A stretch of DNA of 58,899 nt, filler included, from Gonapodya sp. JEL0774 (Eukaryota), in the NCBI GenBank assembly GCA_027604505.1. It is 3 parts of 3 records of this genome, joined end to end, with 100 filler letters (N's around TTAATTAATTAA, not from the genome) between each part and the next. Parts side by side here need not be neighbours in the genome. Positions count along the whole stretch, not along the records: positions 1 to 19,634 come from JADIIX010000251.1; 2 more parts are not named here. The stretch is one strand, 5' to 3'. Within the stretch, counting starts at the first letter, position 1. Every line of letters begins with the position of its first letter. This document shows positions 1 to 13,214 of this stretch, piece after piece. Made by a program: the position numbers and the translations under genes. The notes beneath the pieces are model-generated. The model was not told the origin of the DNA. It made no database searches and saw only the letters and a list, made by a program, of their open reading frames with translations.

Positions 1-780
1 ATTTCATCCCCAAGTACCACCCGTCCTCCCCCCAACTCCTCACACTCGCTCCCCACCGTGCAACTCACCTGTATCTCCAGTCGATGTTCCATCTGTCCGA
101 GTTCTCATGCTCGTCAAGAGCCTGTCCCGGCCCCCGCTCCATCTCAGACGCGTCCCTTTACGTATAACAACTGTGCAGATGCCCCAGCTCCTTGGCCGTT
201 TCTAGGCACGACAATCAACTATTCTCTACTCACGAGGGGACTTATTCGCTAATCATGGCGTGGTTCATCCTTGAGTTCTCCGTTCCGTTAGTCCATTGGT
301 GGTCCTTGAACCGTTCCCGTTCTTGCCTGCGACTCCACTCCGGTCCCCGCCATCCACCTACAGCAACTCCATTCCCCCGTAATAGCGAGCCCGAGGGCGG
401 GTCTCCGCTCGTCTGCCATTCTGCGTATGCGTCACATCGTTTCGTGCAAGGGGAGTGCACGCTCACGAGTCATTGAACTCAATCGCACACTCTGTTCCCC
501 GTTTCCGCTCCTATGTCTGCCCTCTTTCTGCGTCTCCTTTCCAGGTCTCCCTCTCCGTTCATGACAAGCCAAATGGGCGGAGGTGAATTGCAGTGGTAGC
601 GGCGGCCAGCAGCGACGAAGTTGTGACGAGTGGCGTGACGAGGGTCGTAAGGAAAGGTGAAATTGAACGGGGGAAGACCCGAGGAGAGAGGGCGGGGCTG
701 TGTCGTTCTTGCGATACGGGTACGGGGGGTTGAAGCAAGTGAGACCGAGAGAAGAAGAAGCGAATCACATAAAAAGAGGC
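1..780. repeat. Block A, copy 1 of a degenerate segmental duplication
   Basis: Aligns by eye with 13660-14440 (gcaactcacctgtatctccagtcgatg vs gcaactcacctgcatctccagccaatg; ccaggtctccctctccgtt vs ccaggtctcctccgtt) and partly with 6700-7330. Confidence 0.8.
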
Positions 781-3742
781 GTCTAGCACTTTCACCTCTT
801 TGCACCTTCCCCCAGACTTCCTTCCTCGATCTCATTTACTCCTCGCTCTTCCCGTTCCTCGATGTCCGTCAAACCCAGGATGCGGGAGCGATAGTAATCA
901 GTGCTGGTGGGAAGGAGATGTGAGTGCAAATGGAGCGAGGTGTGAACCAATCGTTTTAGAGGGATGTGGATTGTGTCTCCTTTGGATCGTTCGGCAAAGA
1001 TATCAAGAAGGTGTACGTTCGGAGTGAACTGAAACCAAAGAAGCAAAATGCATGAAGCAAAACGTTTAATTCACCGTTTGCGCGTGTATGCGACACCTTG
1101 TCATCGTGTCAAACTCAGTCGCACCAAACCACACGTTCCAGACGTTCCGATCTCCTCGATGCCTGACTCATGGCGCTTACTCGGTCACAAAGCACGCAAT
1201 TACACCAACCAACAAATTAACCAGCATCCCGTCGTACACTTTTGAGGCCTCACTTATATGATCCCAGTGAACTCACTCGTCGGCCGGTTCAGTGTTCCGA
1301 GTGCAGGCATCGTGTTTCGACAGGCATCATCTCACGTCCACATCCACCACGATCTAATGGCCCCGATACGGCTCGACAAATGGAGGCGGTCGGTCGAGAA
1401 GCTGGCGATTAGGCGAAGGAGTTGAAATGGAGCATCTTGAGGACTGGAAAGGGAGTTGAAGCTGCGCTCTCAGGATTGATCAAGCCTATGTGTGCTGGAT
1501 TGCAAACACACCTCATACGCCAGTAAGGTTCAACATTGCGAAACATCCGATCCACAACAGACAGCGGTGGAAGAACGGGTACCACCGTGACCTGGACTTC
1601 CATGCCGCGCTGAGCGGGGGCAGGTGTCTACGAGAAGGGGATGCACGGGTGGGTAGCGGGAGTGGGAGGCGAGTGTGACACGTTCGGCGTGGCAACCAGG
1701 GTCAGCAGGCGGGAAGTGAGGAGGTGAGTCGGGAGGTGAGGATAAAGCAGAGTGGCGCGATGTATTGTACCCGGGAGCGAAGAGAATCCAGAAAACAATT
1801 TCAGGGGTGTATTCTCACCATCTCAATCATATATCGAACTGTAAATAGAACAGAGACGGGTTAAATCGTTCTGACTCTCTCCATCCGGGACCTGGCCCAC
1901 ATACCGCACTTCACTTTCCGCTAGGCACAGCCGCTCTCCCCACACCCCGCCACCGGCTGTGCAAGTGATGGTTGCTGTTCTCCGGGTTGAGAATTTCTTT
2001 GAGTCCATAATTACAAGGCACATCGGTTATCCCTGGCGGCAACCGCGCCACCCCGTCCCCGCTCCACCACGGTGACACAGCGGGCGCAGCCGCCTCCTCC
2101 TCCAAAAATCCGCAGGCATTTGGCAAGCGTGGGTAGCCCGTTAGCTTACTGCCGCTCTGTCCATTCTCAGGCAGAGCGGACCCGTTCTCTGAAAAGACCC
2201 CATCCGGCATCATGGGCAAAAGCATCCCTTCCTTTCCCAGCACCAAAGTCCAACACCGCACCAGCGAGCAGTCACCACCACGAACTCTCACTATCCTCAG
2301 ATCAGGAGTTCTTTACTTATCGTGCCCGGCACTTTTCATCATTTTGATTGCCTTACATGGCTGCGAACTCACCTGATGTACGGTGCCATCCACATAGAAT
2401 TCTGACACAACCGACCAAAGCCCACATCCTTCATCCCCAATCACAAAAGCGGGGGAGCCAAGACGCACTGTATTCGTCCGAGTGTTTCGCATCCTTGCGT
2501 GACGCCAACGTTCCATCCTCCCCGTCCCCAATCGGCACCCACACACACACTCAACAGAGAGGGAAAAGCGCTTAGCGAAAAAGCCCACATGTTGTGGATA
2601 GGTCCGCGATTCAAGGGGCTACAATATTTCGTAGCGAGAGCGGTGGAATGGACTTGCACGGGGAGAGCGGAGACAATGAAACAAAGCGACAACAAATCTC
2701 GCAACTAGAGCCGACGAGCTTACTGAGGTGGTTGTCAGAAAGTATAGACGGTGATGGCACCAATCGTTAGAGACAGATACAGTTACCGTAAGAGTCCATC
2801 ATAGTAGAAGTCCGGTGCTTGGGGGGTGTACGACAGAGAAGAAGCAGTGCTGAGCGAGTCTGTAGGAGACACAATTGGCAAGGTTTGGGGGGCGAGGCAA
2901 AAGTCTCCTCACCATGAACAGCCGTGATGCAAGTTCGATAACTCTTTACGTGAAAAGATCGTCGCACGTGCCCATCCACGTTTCCTATAGAGTCATGCCA
3001 CACCGAAGAGCGCGGCCTTACCCGTCGATGAATGGCGTTGCTCGGGAGAACGATGGTGGGATGAATGATTGAAGGCCGAGTCGATCGAACTGTCCCGGCC
3101 AGAGCTCCATCAACCCAGTTTGGAGCACATAAAGTCAAAGGAGAAAAGCCCACAACAGGGCAATTCCACGATCCTCGAGCCCGTCAACAGAGAGTTGACC
3201 TCATCGGTAGATTGCTTCACTGTCCGATGATCACCAAATCCCGCAGTAACCACCACGTCTCCAACCGTCCATCGCTGGTTCATGATCGTCATCAAAATCG
3301 TCTTCCAATTGCTTTCCGTTTTCGATCCGTCGCATTGCAAAGTATGTGTTTCGAGGAATCGGTTGGGTGAGGTGTCGAACACACTGCCAATATCTCGACA
3401 GAGACGCCACGAGAAGCGCCAAGCTTCTCAACCACCTCATAATCTAAAAACATCGTCGAGACGGGTACTAGATGTGGCATCCCGTCTATTGGGGGACAGT
3501 AAGTCCCGTCTCGACCAGAAGTCAATGCGCCGGAATGCCATAGACTGCAGCAGCGATAGGGGCAGAACAGCGAGACAAACGGGAAGGTGCAAGAGCAATG
3601 ACTGATTAGGTATTATTTGGTACTGGACTACTGGCATCGAAGTTATACAATACATGAAACAAAGATCGCCAAACGGTAAACAGTTGCTCAATTCAACTCT
3701 CAAAACTGTCTTCCCCTCCCCCATCCCACCAAACACAACTCA

Positions 3743-6286
3743 CTACAAAGTCTCCCTAATCTCCTTGAGTCGCTTCAAAATACCCCCAAATATGGGCCTC
3801 TTTGCGGTGTAATGGTGCCAGCAATCCTCCACCAACTGCTCCAAAGCCTCTGGCATGTTGTCAGATTCCAGGATCAAGGGCCTGAGCCTCCGTCTCCTGT
3901 CAACAATAGATGAGACTGGGAGGCTGTTAAACTCACTATAGGGGATGCGTTGAGTCCAGATCTGAGAAGATGGTGAGATAATCAGAACGGATCATCATTA
4001 GCACTCAATGACCATCAATTGGAAGCTAGAGTACCCAAGAAATCTTACTCGAAACACTGTGACTCCAAAAGCGTAAACATCTCCTTCCTTTGTTGCCCCT
4101 TCCCCAAGCAACCTCTCTGGTGGCATATAAGCTGAAGTTCCAAATCGCATTCCAGTTGCTTCAGAAGGAGGTAAATCGACAATTTTGGCAGTTCCAAAGT
4201 CTGTCACCCGTGTTGTGTAATCATCATCCACGAGGGTATTTTGGGGTTTAAGATCAGCATGGACAATGTTGCGGACATTATGGAGGTAGAGCATGCCAGT
4301 TGCGATGTCACAGAGCTTGGGGTAACAATACAACAGTACGTTTAATTTCACCATAAAAAATCATCTTAAGGAGCTCAATAACAAAACTCACAATGCGAAG
4401 CTTCATTTTAGGTGTTGCAAGAGTTGGATTCATTTGGAGAAAGTTGACTACATCTCCGTTCTTCATGAATTTAGAAAGAAAGAGAGGGCAAGGGGACTCC
4501 CATGAGGCACCAATGAGGGGGACAATGTTTGGATGGTATCCAGCTGTGTGCCATGCTGTCACTTCCTTCTCAAAAGCCTAGAACGAGTCAATGAGCAAAT
4601 TTTCCAGATAATGAACAAGCACTGGTTACTCACAACTTTATAGCTCTCCCTAGGCTGTCCATTGGGGCTGGTATCCAGGAGCAGGAATTTTCCTGCTACT
4701 GTTGTTCCAAACCACTCACACTTGTGCACAATGCCACAGCTTCCTTGCCCAAGTTTCTCACCAACTTCCACATCTGCATGGTGAATGTGCCAGACTGGTC
4801 TGGCAGTGATTTTTGGTCTTAACTCAGCAGGAGGTGGTAATGATGGAAGGGAGGATGAGATGGAGAAGGAACGTGGAGAAGACGGTTGGGAGAGGGATGG
4901 GACAGGAGTGGGAGGGCGGGATTGATGGTCTTGGAGTGTCTGCAAGAAACGTCCATCAGGCCATTGGCTAGCAGCGTCAAGTTCTCTCTGGGTAACCACG
5001 GCCCCGTGAGAGAGGAGGAGGTGAATGATGGGCAGGGAAGGTCGAAGGATGAAGGGATGGATGAATGCTTCCTTGTGCACCATGGGCTGCTCCAACTGGA
5101 CGTTTCCACCCTTGAGACTGATCGCAAGTCTGTTGTCAGATTCGAATGGTAAATTGCCTGCGCTGCCATTCCACCACCTCCACGTGCCCCCTCGCGCCAC
5201 TGCCAGCGTCACTGCAGAAGGGAACGAATACGTGCACGGCCAACGCTGCTGGTTCCAGTCGTTCAAATCCCATGATGAAGTGCAGTGTGCAAGTTCCCAC
5301 TCGCAACTTGCATTTGGATCGGCGCCACCCTCAAGCAATGCCTCAACAACGTCCGCACACGCACGCAGGATCCCCAGCCCCAACACTGATTCACAGTACA
5401 CAGTTTCTGTTTTCGTTTCCCACCCAATTGTGCAGGTCAACGTGACCCGCTTACGTGCATTCGGGTCAGCTCCATCTGCTAGAAGCTGCCGGACCCGCTG
5501 GGTCTGCCTGCTTTCAACAGCTTCAATCAGTTGGGTGTTCCTGGACAGAGAGATGAGGGAGTCTGTGGATTGAGAAGATGCAGAAGCTGATGTACTAGCA
5601 GGAGGAGAAGGGTGCGAGCGGGCAGGTACTGAAGTCGGAGGGTGGGATTGATGGTGTCGGAGTGCTTGCAAGAACTGTCCATCCGGCTGTTTGCGAGCAG
5701 CGTCCAGTTCTCTCTCAGTGACTGCAGCTCCATGGGAGAGGAGGAGTTGGAGGATGGGGAGGGAAGGACGCAGAGTGAAACGTTCTCTGACGACGTCCTT
5801 TTCATCCTTGGGATCATTGAGTTGGACGTTTCCGCCCTTGTGATTGATAGCGAGTTCGTTGGCAGAGTCAGGTTCATCGACTGTGTAGCCGTCCCACCAC
5901 GTCCTCTTCCCCCCCTTGCCCACCACCAGTGTTGCGGCAGATGGGAACATATACGTCCCACACCAACGCTTTGCATCCCAATTGTATACAACCCACGGAC
6001 CCATGTAGTCACTGAAGTTTGCATACTTCCATTCACACACCCCGTTTGGATCGGCCCCTCCTTCAAGCAACACCTTGACAACCTCCTCATAAGCGTGCAG
6101 AATCCCCAATGCCAACGCCGATTCACATTCCACCGAGTTAGTTCTCGTCTCCCCTTCGACGTTGCAGGTCAACGTGACCCCCTTGCGCGCGTTGGGGTTT
6201 GCCCCTTCGAGCAACAGCTGCCGGACCCGCCACGCCTGTCCGTTTTCGACCGCTTCGATCAGTTGGATGTCCCCTGAGCTCGCCAT
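3743..6286 (-). CDS. Two ankyrin-like modules fused to a TKL-type protein kinase, 4 exons (approx. 6286-4634, 4577-4393, 4314-4049, 3962-3743)
   Basis: Duplicated module LIEAVE..Q..RVRQLL..GA.PNARK / ...LLEGGADPN. Kinase motifs GQGSCG, VAGK, HPNIV, HADLKPQN, DFG, GTSAYMPPE, DVYAFG, and CW....KRP.F in the last exon. GT..AG introns join the ORFs; TAG at 3743-3745. Confidence 0.88.
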
Positions 6287-6319
6287 GACGAAATTGATCG
6301 GATGTACGTGATCTCGTAG

Positions 6320-7440
6320 TTTTTTTGAGTTTCGGGTTTCTTGCTGTGACCAGCTTCGTCATTCACAGGTCTAAGACCACTCTGTCTTGGCAATCCACAC
6401 ACGATCACATTTTCAATTGTGTAATATATGTATTGCATCGCGTACATAATACACATCCGTTGTCTACTCCTGCCCCGGGTCCGTCTCCGACAGCAATCTA
6501 GGTATCGCGCTGTTCGACAACCTCCCCATCGCCTCCCAACCCCAACCCCCAACCACCCCCCCCACCACCCCCACGGCGCGGCCACATGTTGCAGAGCTCA
6601 TGCAAGTCCGCCATCCCAAGCAATCCCGCTCCACCCCGTCTCCCGCTGTCTCCGCCTCCGCCCGCCAACCCTCCCCAACACCCGCCCCCCGCTGCCCCGG
6701 CCCACCCCAGTACCAACTCACCTGGAACTTTCTCGCTGTTTCAAATCTCCCGGTCGCACTGCCCACCTCAGTCTCCATACCCCCCAGTTGCACATAAGAC
6801 ACTGGTGCCACTCGCATTGCTCCCCGGCTGTTTCCCCGTGACGTTCAGTTCGTGGAAGGGTAGAACTTCCAGGGAATGACAGAGTCCAGGCCGTTCAGAG
6901 TCCCACTCCCGTCCGTGCCCCGTGGTTGCACCTCCGCTCTGTTCTCGTCGTCCACAACGCTTATTACTCGTGCAGACACACTCGTGCATCGCGGTCTCAA
7001 TTGCAGCCCCGCTCATATGTCTCGCGTTCCTTTCACCTCGTTTCGTCTAAAGGGAGTGCGCGTACGGCTGCCACCACCAAACTCCCAGAGTCCGTACTAC
7101 GCTCAACAACAATACCTTTTAACCCCGCCCCACCCCCGATATTCATCGCACACTCACTGTGTTCCCGGTCTCATCTCCCTTGTCTCCCTCCGCTTCTCCA
7201 TCTGCGTCCCGCTTTGAGGTCCCCTCCGTTCGCGGTGCAAATGCGTGGAGTTGAACGAGTGGTACCGGAGGTGACGAAGTTGGGACGGCAGGCATGTCGA
7301 TTTGCATGGCGAATCCCCGTGGCTGAACCAGGGGATTATTCAGGGGGAGGTGGCGGGGGTCTGTCTTTCGTGCGACGTGCGGTAGGACGTTGGGGATCGG
7401 AGGTTCGGAGTAAGCTGAGACTGGGGGAACGAAAGACCTG
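6320..7440. repeat. Block A, copy 2 (upstream region of the ankyrin-kinase gene)
   Basis: tattgcatcgcgtacataata (~6431) matches tattgcattgcgtacataata (~13326). ggagttgaacgagtggtaccgg (~7247) matches ggagttgaaccagtggtaccgg (~14250). Confidence 0.75.
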
Positions 7441-7519
7441 ACTGAAGCATGGAACTTACAGTTTGGGAGTGCTTTTAGCACCCCGTCTTCATCGCTCATG
7501 CTAATCCCGATCGCCCCCC

Positions 7520-8070
7520 TTGTCATCCCATGCTCTTCCCTGGCCATACTCAGCAGTCGCTGCGCGGCCAAACAGCACCTCTAGGTGATCACTGTAATGA
7601 CTGCAAATCCCGCTAATAAGCCCTCATCCATGAGTCGCTCGCTCGGGGTGCTTAATTGTCGATCCTTTCATCTTCGCTCGTCCCATCCCATGATCCGACT
7701 GGCAATCTACCCTTCTTGTCCGGCCCCACCTAATGTTCCAGAAGCGGTGGATCAGAATCAGGGTTGTCGGTCGAGAGTTTGGTGCGTAATGGGAGGGAGG
7801 CGAAGTGGTGATTCTCGAGGTCTGCAGGGGACGGCGAAGCCGCGTTATTCGAAGTGGTCGAACTCGCGGCGTCGAGAACTCACCTCACCCAATCTATTTC
7901 GACGCTCTGAAACGTCCCGAGGAGAGGTGGTGAACCATAGGTGTGGTTGGAAAGGTCGGACAAGCGAGAGGATGAATGAGGAGTGGGCGAAGGGGTTAAG
8001 GAGTAGCGGGGCGGGTGGGGAGGAGAGCACATCGAGAGACAGTCAGTCGACAAGTGCGTGAGTGACTGAC
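7520..8070. repeat. Block B, duplicated at ~15720-16230
   Basis: tgatccgactggca, and gcgttattcgaagtggtcgaactcgc vs gcgttattggaagtgctcgaactcgc, in collinear order. Confidence 0.75.
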
Positions 8071-8841
8071 CCGTTGAACCTTACGGCGGATTCCTTCTTC
8101 GTACAGAGAATGCCGGCTCGCCCCGTTCGTGGTGAAAGTGTCGAGTGCACATAACAGCTCTTCTCACGGCACACCTTCCGTTAGCGTCCAGCTCCAAATA
8201 CGGATGCCAAGCCAACGTCCTATGCCGGGGTTCTCTTCTCCCCCCGTCTGCACTCAACTCACCTGCCGGGCTCGTCCTGTCCCTTCAAGTGTGCATGATG
8301 CAGTTTCCTCCCCAGTCCCATGGACTAACCAATTCAGAAACGGTGCGATATGGGGTTTGGATCGAGAGGTAGATGAGGTGGATTCGGAACTGCGGAACAA
8401 GGGACAAGGGAGGTGAGGGACGGTCTCAGACGATGGAATGAGGTTTCGTGGCGGAAGTATGCTTGGGAACATGAAACTCACGTTTTTTGTCAGAATAGGA
8501 GTCACACACTGAGCAAAACGAGGTGAAATACACGTAGGATATGTGTGCTGGAAGTTGGTGGAATGCAGAGGAGAGGAAATGGATGTCGGAGATGGAAAGA
8601 ATGTGAGGACGGTAGGGAACCTCGACGAGTTCAAAAATACACATACGGAGTTGAACGAGAAAAGGTTACGGTCAAACGGGGGGTGAGGGGTGCGGGCAAG
8701 CAATTCAGTGATTCCTAATCGCCGAGGGGTGCCAATCGCCATACAAGGAAGATTAGGTGACTGGGAGAAAAAGTAGTAACGTAGGCTTATTTAAATGTAA
8801 GTGATTGGGGTATGCCGTTGGTGGGACAAGCACGACAGCAA

Positions 8842-8883
8842 GAAGGAAGTGGATTCGTTGACGAAGGAAGTGGATTCGTTGAC
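8842..8883 (+). repeat. Perfect 21-bp tandem duplication (gaaggaagtggattcgttgac x2)
   Basis: Read directly from the sequence. Confidence 0.95.
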
Positions 8884-9529
8884 TTACTTCGGCCACGACG
8901 AAGCTCGTCCTGTTGTCCATCCCCCCACTCCATTTCAGTCGCATCACATCCAGCAGCGACGATGGCGGGATTGTTAAGCGTGGCTCTCATCCATAACGAC
9001 ACTGTGCACTCCTGCCCAGGAGGTTGAGAACCGAAGGTACACCTATCAGGAAAGAGGTCAGAGAACTATAACAAGAAGTTAACCTAGCATCATACCATGT
9101 TGAAGATCCTCGACTCCACGAACCGGAGAGCCCTCCGAAATTGCATCCGCGACTGCCCTTCTGCATTCTCATTCCCCATGAAGCACGGCGTCTCCCGATC
9201 ACCAGGTCTACTGTATTCCATTGGGGAGTCGTGACGGATAACGTCGTGAATCTTGTTCAAAGGGTGACTTCCGTCGATATGCTGGCAGAGCGGGACTGTG
9301 GATTGGTGCTAGAAGGGTGAGGGTGTGGATGGGATATGAAAGGAAGCATGGACGGATTCAACGGGAAGGGAATGGGAAGTGGGAGAAGACACCACGGGCG
9401 TGGAGGAGGGGAGAAGAGAAAGCGAACGTGACTCGAGACAGGAGGGGAGCGAATGCTGCTTGAGTTGCAGGATTTGGGGTGGAGAGAGACCCGGTGGAGC
9501 TGAGGCCACAGCACCTTCAGCTGACTCCA

Positions 9530-10820
9530 TCACTACAGCAGCAGAATCTCATTATGTAGAACCCAATTGGAACCCCAATAACCAAAAAAAAAGGACGTAG
9601 AGAGGCTCATAGTGGTACCCCGTTTCATGAGTTGTTTTGATCCTTTGTTCTCTCACTCTGCACGGACAAGGTTTATCCGATACTTCTACTTCATAATAAC
9701 AATGATAATCATTATCCGTCATTTTGCAGACCGGGAATTCGCTGTTTCCTTTCGTTGCAGCACTGTGCCGACCGGTGAAAGGCATTGGTGTTGAGTATCA
9801 TGTAAGCGGTGAGGGATTGGACGACGAAAGTCCCATGGGCCAGGGAAGGACGAGGAAGGAAAGAGTGGAAGGGAGAGGATAGATGTGTGAGGGAGAACCA
9901 AGAAAGCCGAGCGCGACGGCGCGACTCGAATACGGGTTGGGGAGAGGATCGGTCCGGACGGTTGATGTACTCATGGACACCCACCGACACAACACGATTC
10001 CAAAGAATTTTCGTCTCGTCGCCTAAGAGAAAAGAAAGATCTGGAGGAACGTACATTTGTACAGCTTACTCGAGATTTCACTTTTACTACAAATAGATAC
10101 AACAACAAAAAATATCAAACTCGTAATGATACTACTAAGTACAGACACAAATGTAAAACAACAAAGGTAGAAAACCACATTCTCTTCTCCAAACTGCCTT
10201 ATCACAACTCCACCTCTCCCAGTGTCCCGCTGTTCAGCTACCCTGTCACACTCCTGCACCCCAACCCCGTCCAAGCACCTCAGTCTCTGTTCCCATCCTC
10301 CTGCTCCCACTACCTGTTCCCACACCGCCACCACCACCTCCACCAAACCTCCTCCCACACTGTACCCACTAGGCCTCGACTCCACACCCCGCGTGGGCCA
10401 CGTGCCTGAAGGTGGTGGCGACGGTCCAGTGGGGAACATTGAACGTTGCGGTGGGCCGGCAACGTCCCCGTAGTACTGGGAGGAGAGAGGTGAAGCAGTA
10501 GGAACAGGGCGGAACGGGTTTGAGGGGGGAGGTGCGGGGCCAAGGTTGTGGCGGGAGTCGTAGCGCAGGGTGAAGGAGAGTGTGTTGAGTGGTAGTTGGG
10601 AGGGGACAGGTGGGTCGCGGGTGTCGCTGACGCAGGCCATAGGGAACGCGCCAGTGGCACTCGTACGGGTGTTCAGTCCCTAAATGAAGAGTGGGAAGAG
10701 CGTGGGGGGTAAATATGATGAATAAAGTGAAGATTATTGGCAAACAGCGTGGAGATGACAAACAATTTGCACTCACCGATCCCCAACCGTCCGCAAACTC
10801 CAAGTGCACAAACACCGCAT
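9530..10820. repeat. Block C, duplicated at ~16850-17035 and ~18460-19546
   Basis: Shared gatccttt.ttctctcactct, tgataatcattatccg and acacaacacgatt, plus the SH3/Pro-Gly-rich coding tail. Confidence 0.8.
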
Positions 10821-11948
10821 CCCCCACTGTAATGTTCAATTCATCTGTGTCCTGTGCTTCAAAGTCAGCAACGGCGTACATGAGCCGCTGAACTGTGAGG
10901 GGTGGCTGAGGTTCACGAGGTGGGGGAGAGGGTGGGACGGTCGCGTGTTGGGTGCGAAGGGTTCCAACTTCCTGTTCCAAAGTTGCGTTTTTGCTGGAAA
11001 GGGTGCGGATCTCTGTTGAGAGAGTACGGTTTTCTGAGGATAACGCGCGGTTTTCAGACTGGAGGTCATGATTTGCTGATTCCAGAGTCGTATTCCTTGC
11101 TTCAATGTCCGAGTTCCTCCTCTGCAATTCCTCTGCCTTGATTTCAGCTTTTGCCGTCCTCACAGAAAGCTCCTCATTGCGCGCCTTGAGTCTATCCACT
11201 TCAGCATGCAGCTCTGATTCACCTTATCCTTGTTGGCAAGGAGGGATAGAAGGGCTTCAGTGGGTTGAGAAGATGCGGAAGGTGCTGTGGTAGGTGGGGA
11301 AGAAGCCTGTGAGCGGGATGGGACTGGAGTGAGAGTGTTGGATTGATGGTCTTGGAGTGTCTGGACGAAACCATCAAGTTCTCTCTGGGTGACCACAGCC
11401 TCGTACGAGAGGAGGAGTTTGACGATGGGGAGGGAAGAGCAAAGAGTGAAGGGATAGATGAAGGCATCCTTTATCTCCTTGGGATCCTTCAACTGGATGT
11501 TTCCCCCCTTCTGATTGATGGCGACTTTGTTGGCAGGGTTCGGTACATCTTCTGTGCTGCCATCCCACGCTGTCCACTTCCCCGCCCTCGCCACCGCCAG
11601 GGTCAGGGCAGAAGGGAACAAATAGGTTCCAAGCCAACGCCGCCTGTCCCAATCGTCCGCAGCCCATGATGAAAAGCATTCTGCGATCTTCCATTCACAG
11701 GCCCCGTTCGGATCGGCGCCTCCTTCCAGCAACGCCTTGACCACGTCCTCGTTCGCATGCAGAATCCCCAGTACCAACGCCGATTCGCAGTCCACAGTGT
11801 CCATTTTCGTCTGCCCTCGGATGGCGCATGTCAATGTGACGCGCTTCCGCGCGTTCGGGTTCGCCCCTTCGCCCAACAGCTGCCGGACCCGCTGCGCCTG
11901 TCCATTCTCCGCGGCCTCGATCAGTTCGATGTCCCGTGCGTTTGACAT
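10023..11948 (-). pseudogene. Ankyrin-like module + coiled coil + SH3 + Pro/Gly-rich tail, frameshifted
   Basis: MSNARDIELIEAAENGQAQRVRQLL matches the module of the kinase gene. Heptad coiled coil follows. SH3 reads YAVADFEAQDTDEL..VGD....GWG | intron ~10777-10682 | GLNTRT..TGAFP. Frameshift near 11218 (restoring 1 nt gives KDKVISELHAEVDRLK). A 16-nt deletion near 10355 relative to the 18939-19355 paralog. Confidence 0.75.
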
Positions 11949-12259
11949 GGTGGCTCTCAGTCGGAGTGCCGTGATCTTGTGCATTGTTTGCGTTTCGGGT
12001 TTGGGTTGTGACAAGCTGCACCACACCTTTTTGCAGGCTTTGATGGACGCAAACCAGCATTCCGAACTCAACGTATAGTTTTAGGTTTCAAAGACGTGGG
12101 AGCGGAATCCCACCTCTCGTTTATTCGGTTAAAAGTGTAGAGGGCCGAGTTGCCCAGAGTAGATAAACGGCTAAAAGATCTGGGCAAGCGAGGTTGCAGT
12201 CTTGGATCAAAGTGATAAGAGACGGCGCGTAAAAAGTGCGGGGAGCGAGCCCATGCATG

Positions 12260-13202
12260 TCAGGAGCGGGAACCTGAGCGCGACTGGGACAGGGCGTGAT
12301 ATTGCAGAGCAGCCCAGAAATGTGGGTGGTTACGGAGATAACGCTGCCAGGACTCATCAGTCCAGCGGCCACGGCGTTGGATAACGAGGGGTGGCACACC
12401 TTCTGCGAGAAGGAACATAGCGCCACCAGAGCGAAAGCTGTGACCTGTGAGGTCACTTTCGGGATAAAAGAGGCGAAGGCTCTCAAGGAACCAACGCCGG
12501 GTCGGCGACGAACCATCGGGCATTGTCAGGGCAAAGGGGGTGCAGGGAGTGCATAGAGCACGGTAATTCTGCCATGCACGAACAGGGCAGGTAACGTCAG
12601 TGGTTTGGAGAAGGGGAACAGTGAGCGGAACTGTGGGGTTATTGTGTTTTGCATAAGGGAGGGTGATGGATATTACAGGGACACCATTGCTAAGTGTCTC
12701 CTGGACAACGTTATGGAGGGGAAGTACACGGTGGGGGTTGTCGTCTTCCCCGCCCGTGAAAGGTGAGTTCGCCTAGCCGAAGGAGGCCATGAAACGCGAA
12801 GACACAGATCACCCAAAATAGGGCATGGTCGGGGTGTGTGGGGTTTAAACGACTATGAATTGTGCAGAGAGCGTTAATGGGTTAGGGGATTGCTTTTTTC
12901 AAGGGCTTCTTACGAGGCTCGGAACGGGTTGCTTGCAAGAGCTGGAGTGTGTGTGCGTCATCGCGGGCTTCCCACGGGACCTCAAGCGCTTTGTGCCAGA
13001 AACTGAGACCGGCAAGAGCTTGAAGAACTGTGGGATAATCGTGCGCGGAGGAGTATGCGCTGATGAAAGTCCACAGACCCTCAAGGGGGATGGGAAAGGA
13101 GAGGCTGCTCGCAGGCAGCCTGTACTGACGAGCAACGTTTGCATAGGAGCGAAGGTTTGAAACGTACTTGCTGAGGGTGTTACGTTGCACCGGTGTGCTC
13201 AT
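12260..13202 (-). mobile_element. Degenerate DIRS/Ngaro-type tyrosine recombinase, remnant of a YR retrotransposon
   Basis: Across frames: NTLSKY..(N-terminal helices), HALFWVICVFAFHGLLRLGELT (Arg box), ITLPYAK, CPVRAW..Y, GHSFRSGGA, IQRRGRWTDESWQRYLR. At least two frameshifts and a stop. No RT or RNase H seen nearby. Confidence 0.85.
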
Positions 13203-13214
13203 TAACAATGTAGC

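Noticed and set aside
2767..3560. Possible decayed F-box-like gene on the minus strand (IDGMPHLV..FLDYE..RGVS)
   Set aside because: Resemblance is weak and broken by stops and frameshifts; cannot be supported without a search.
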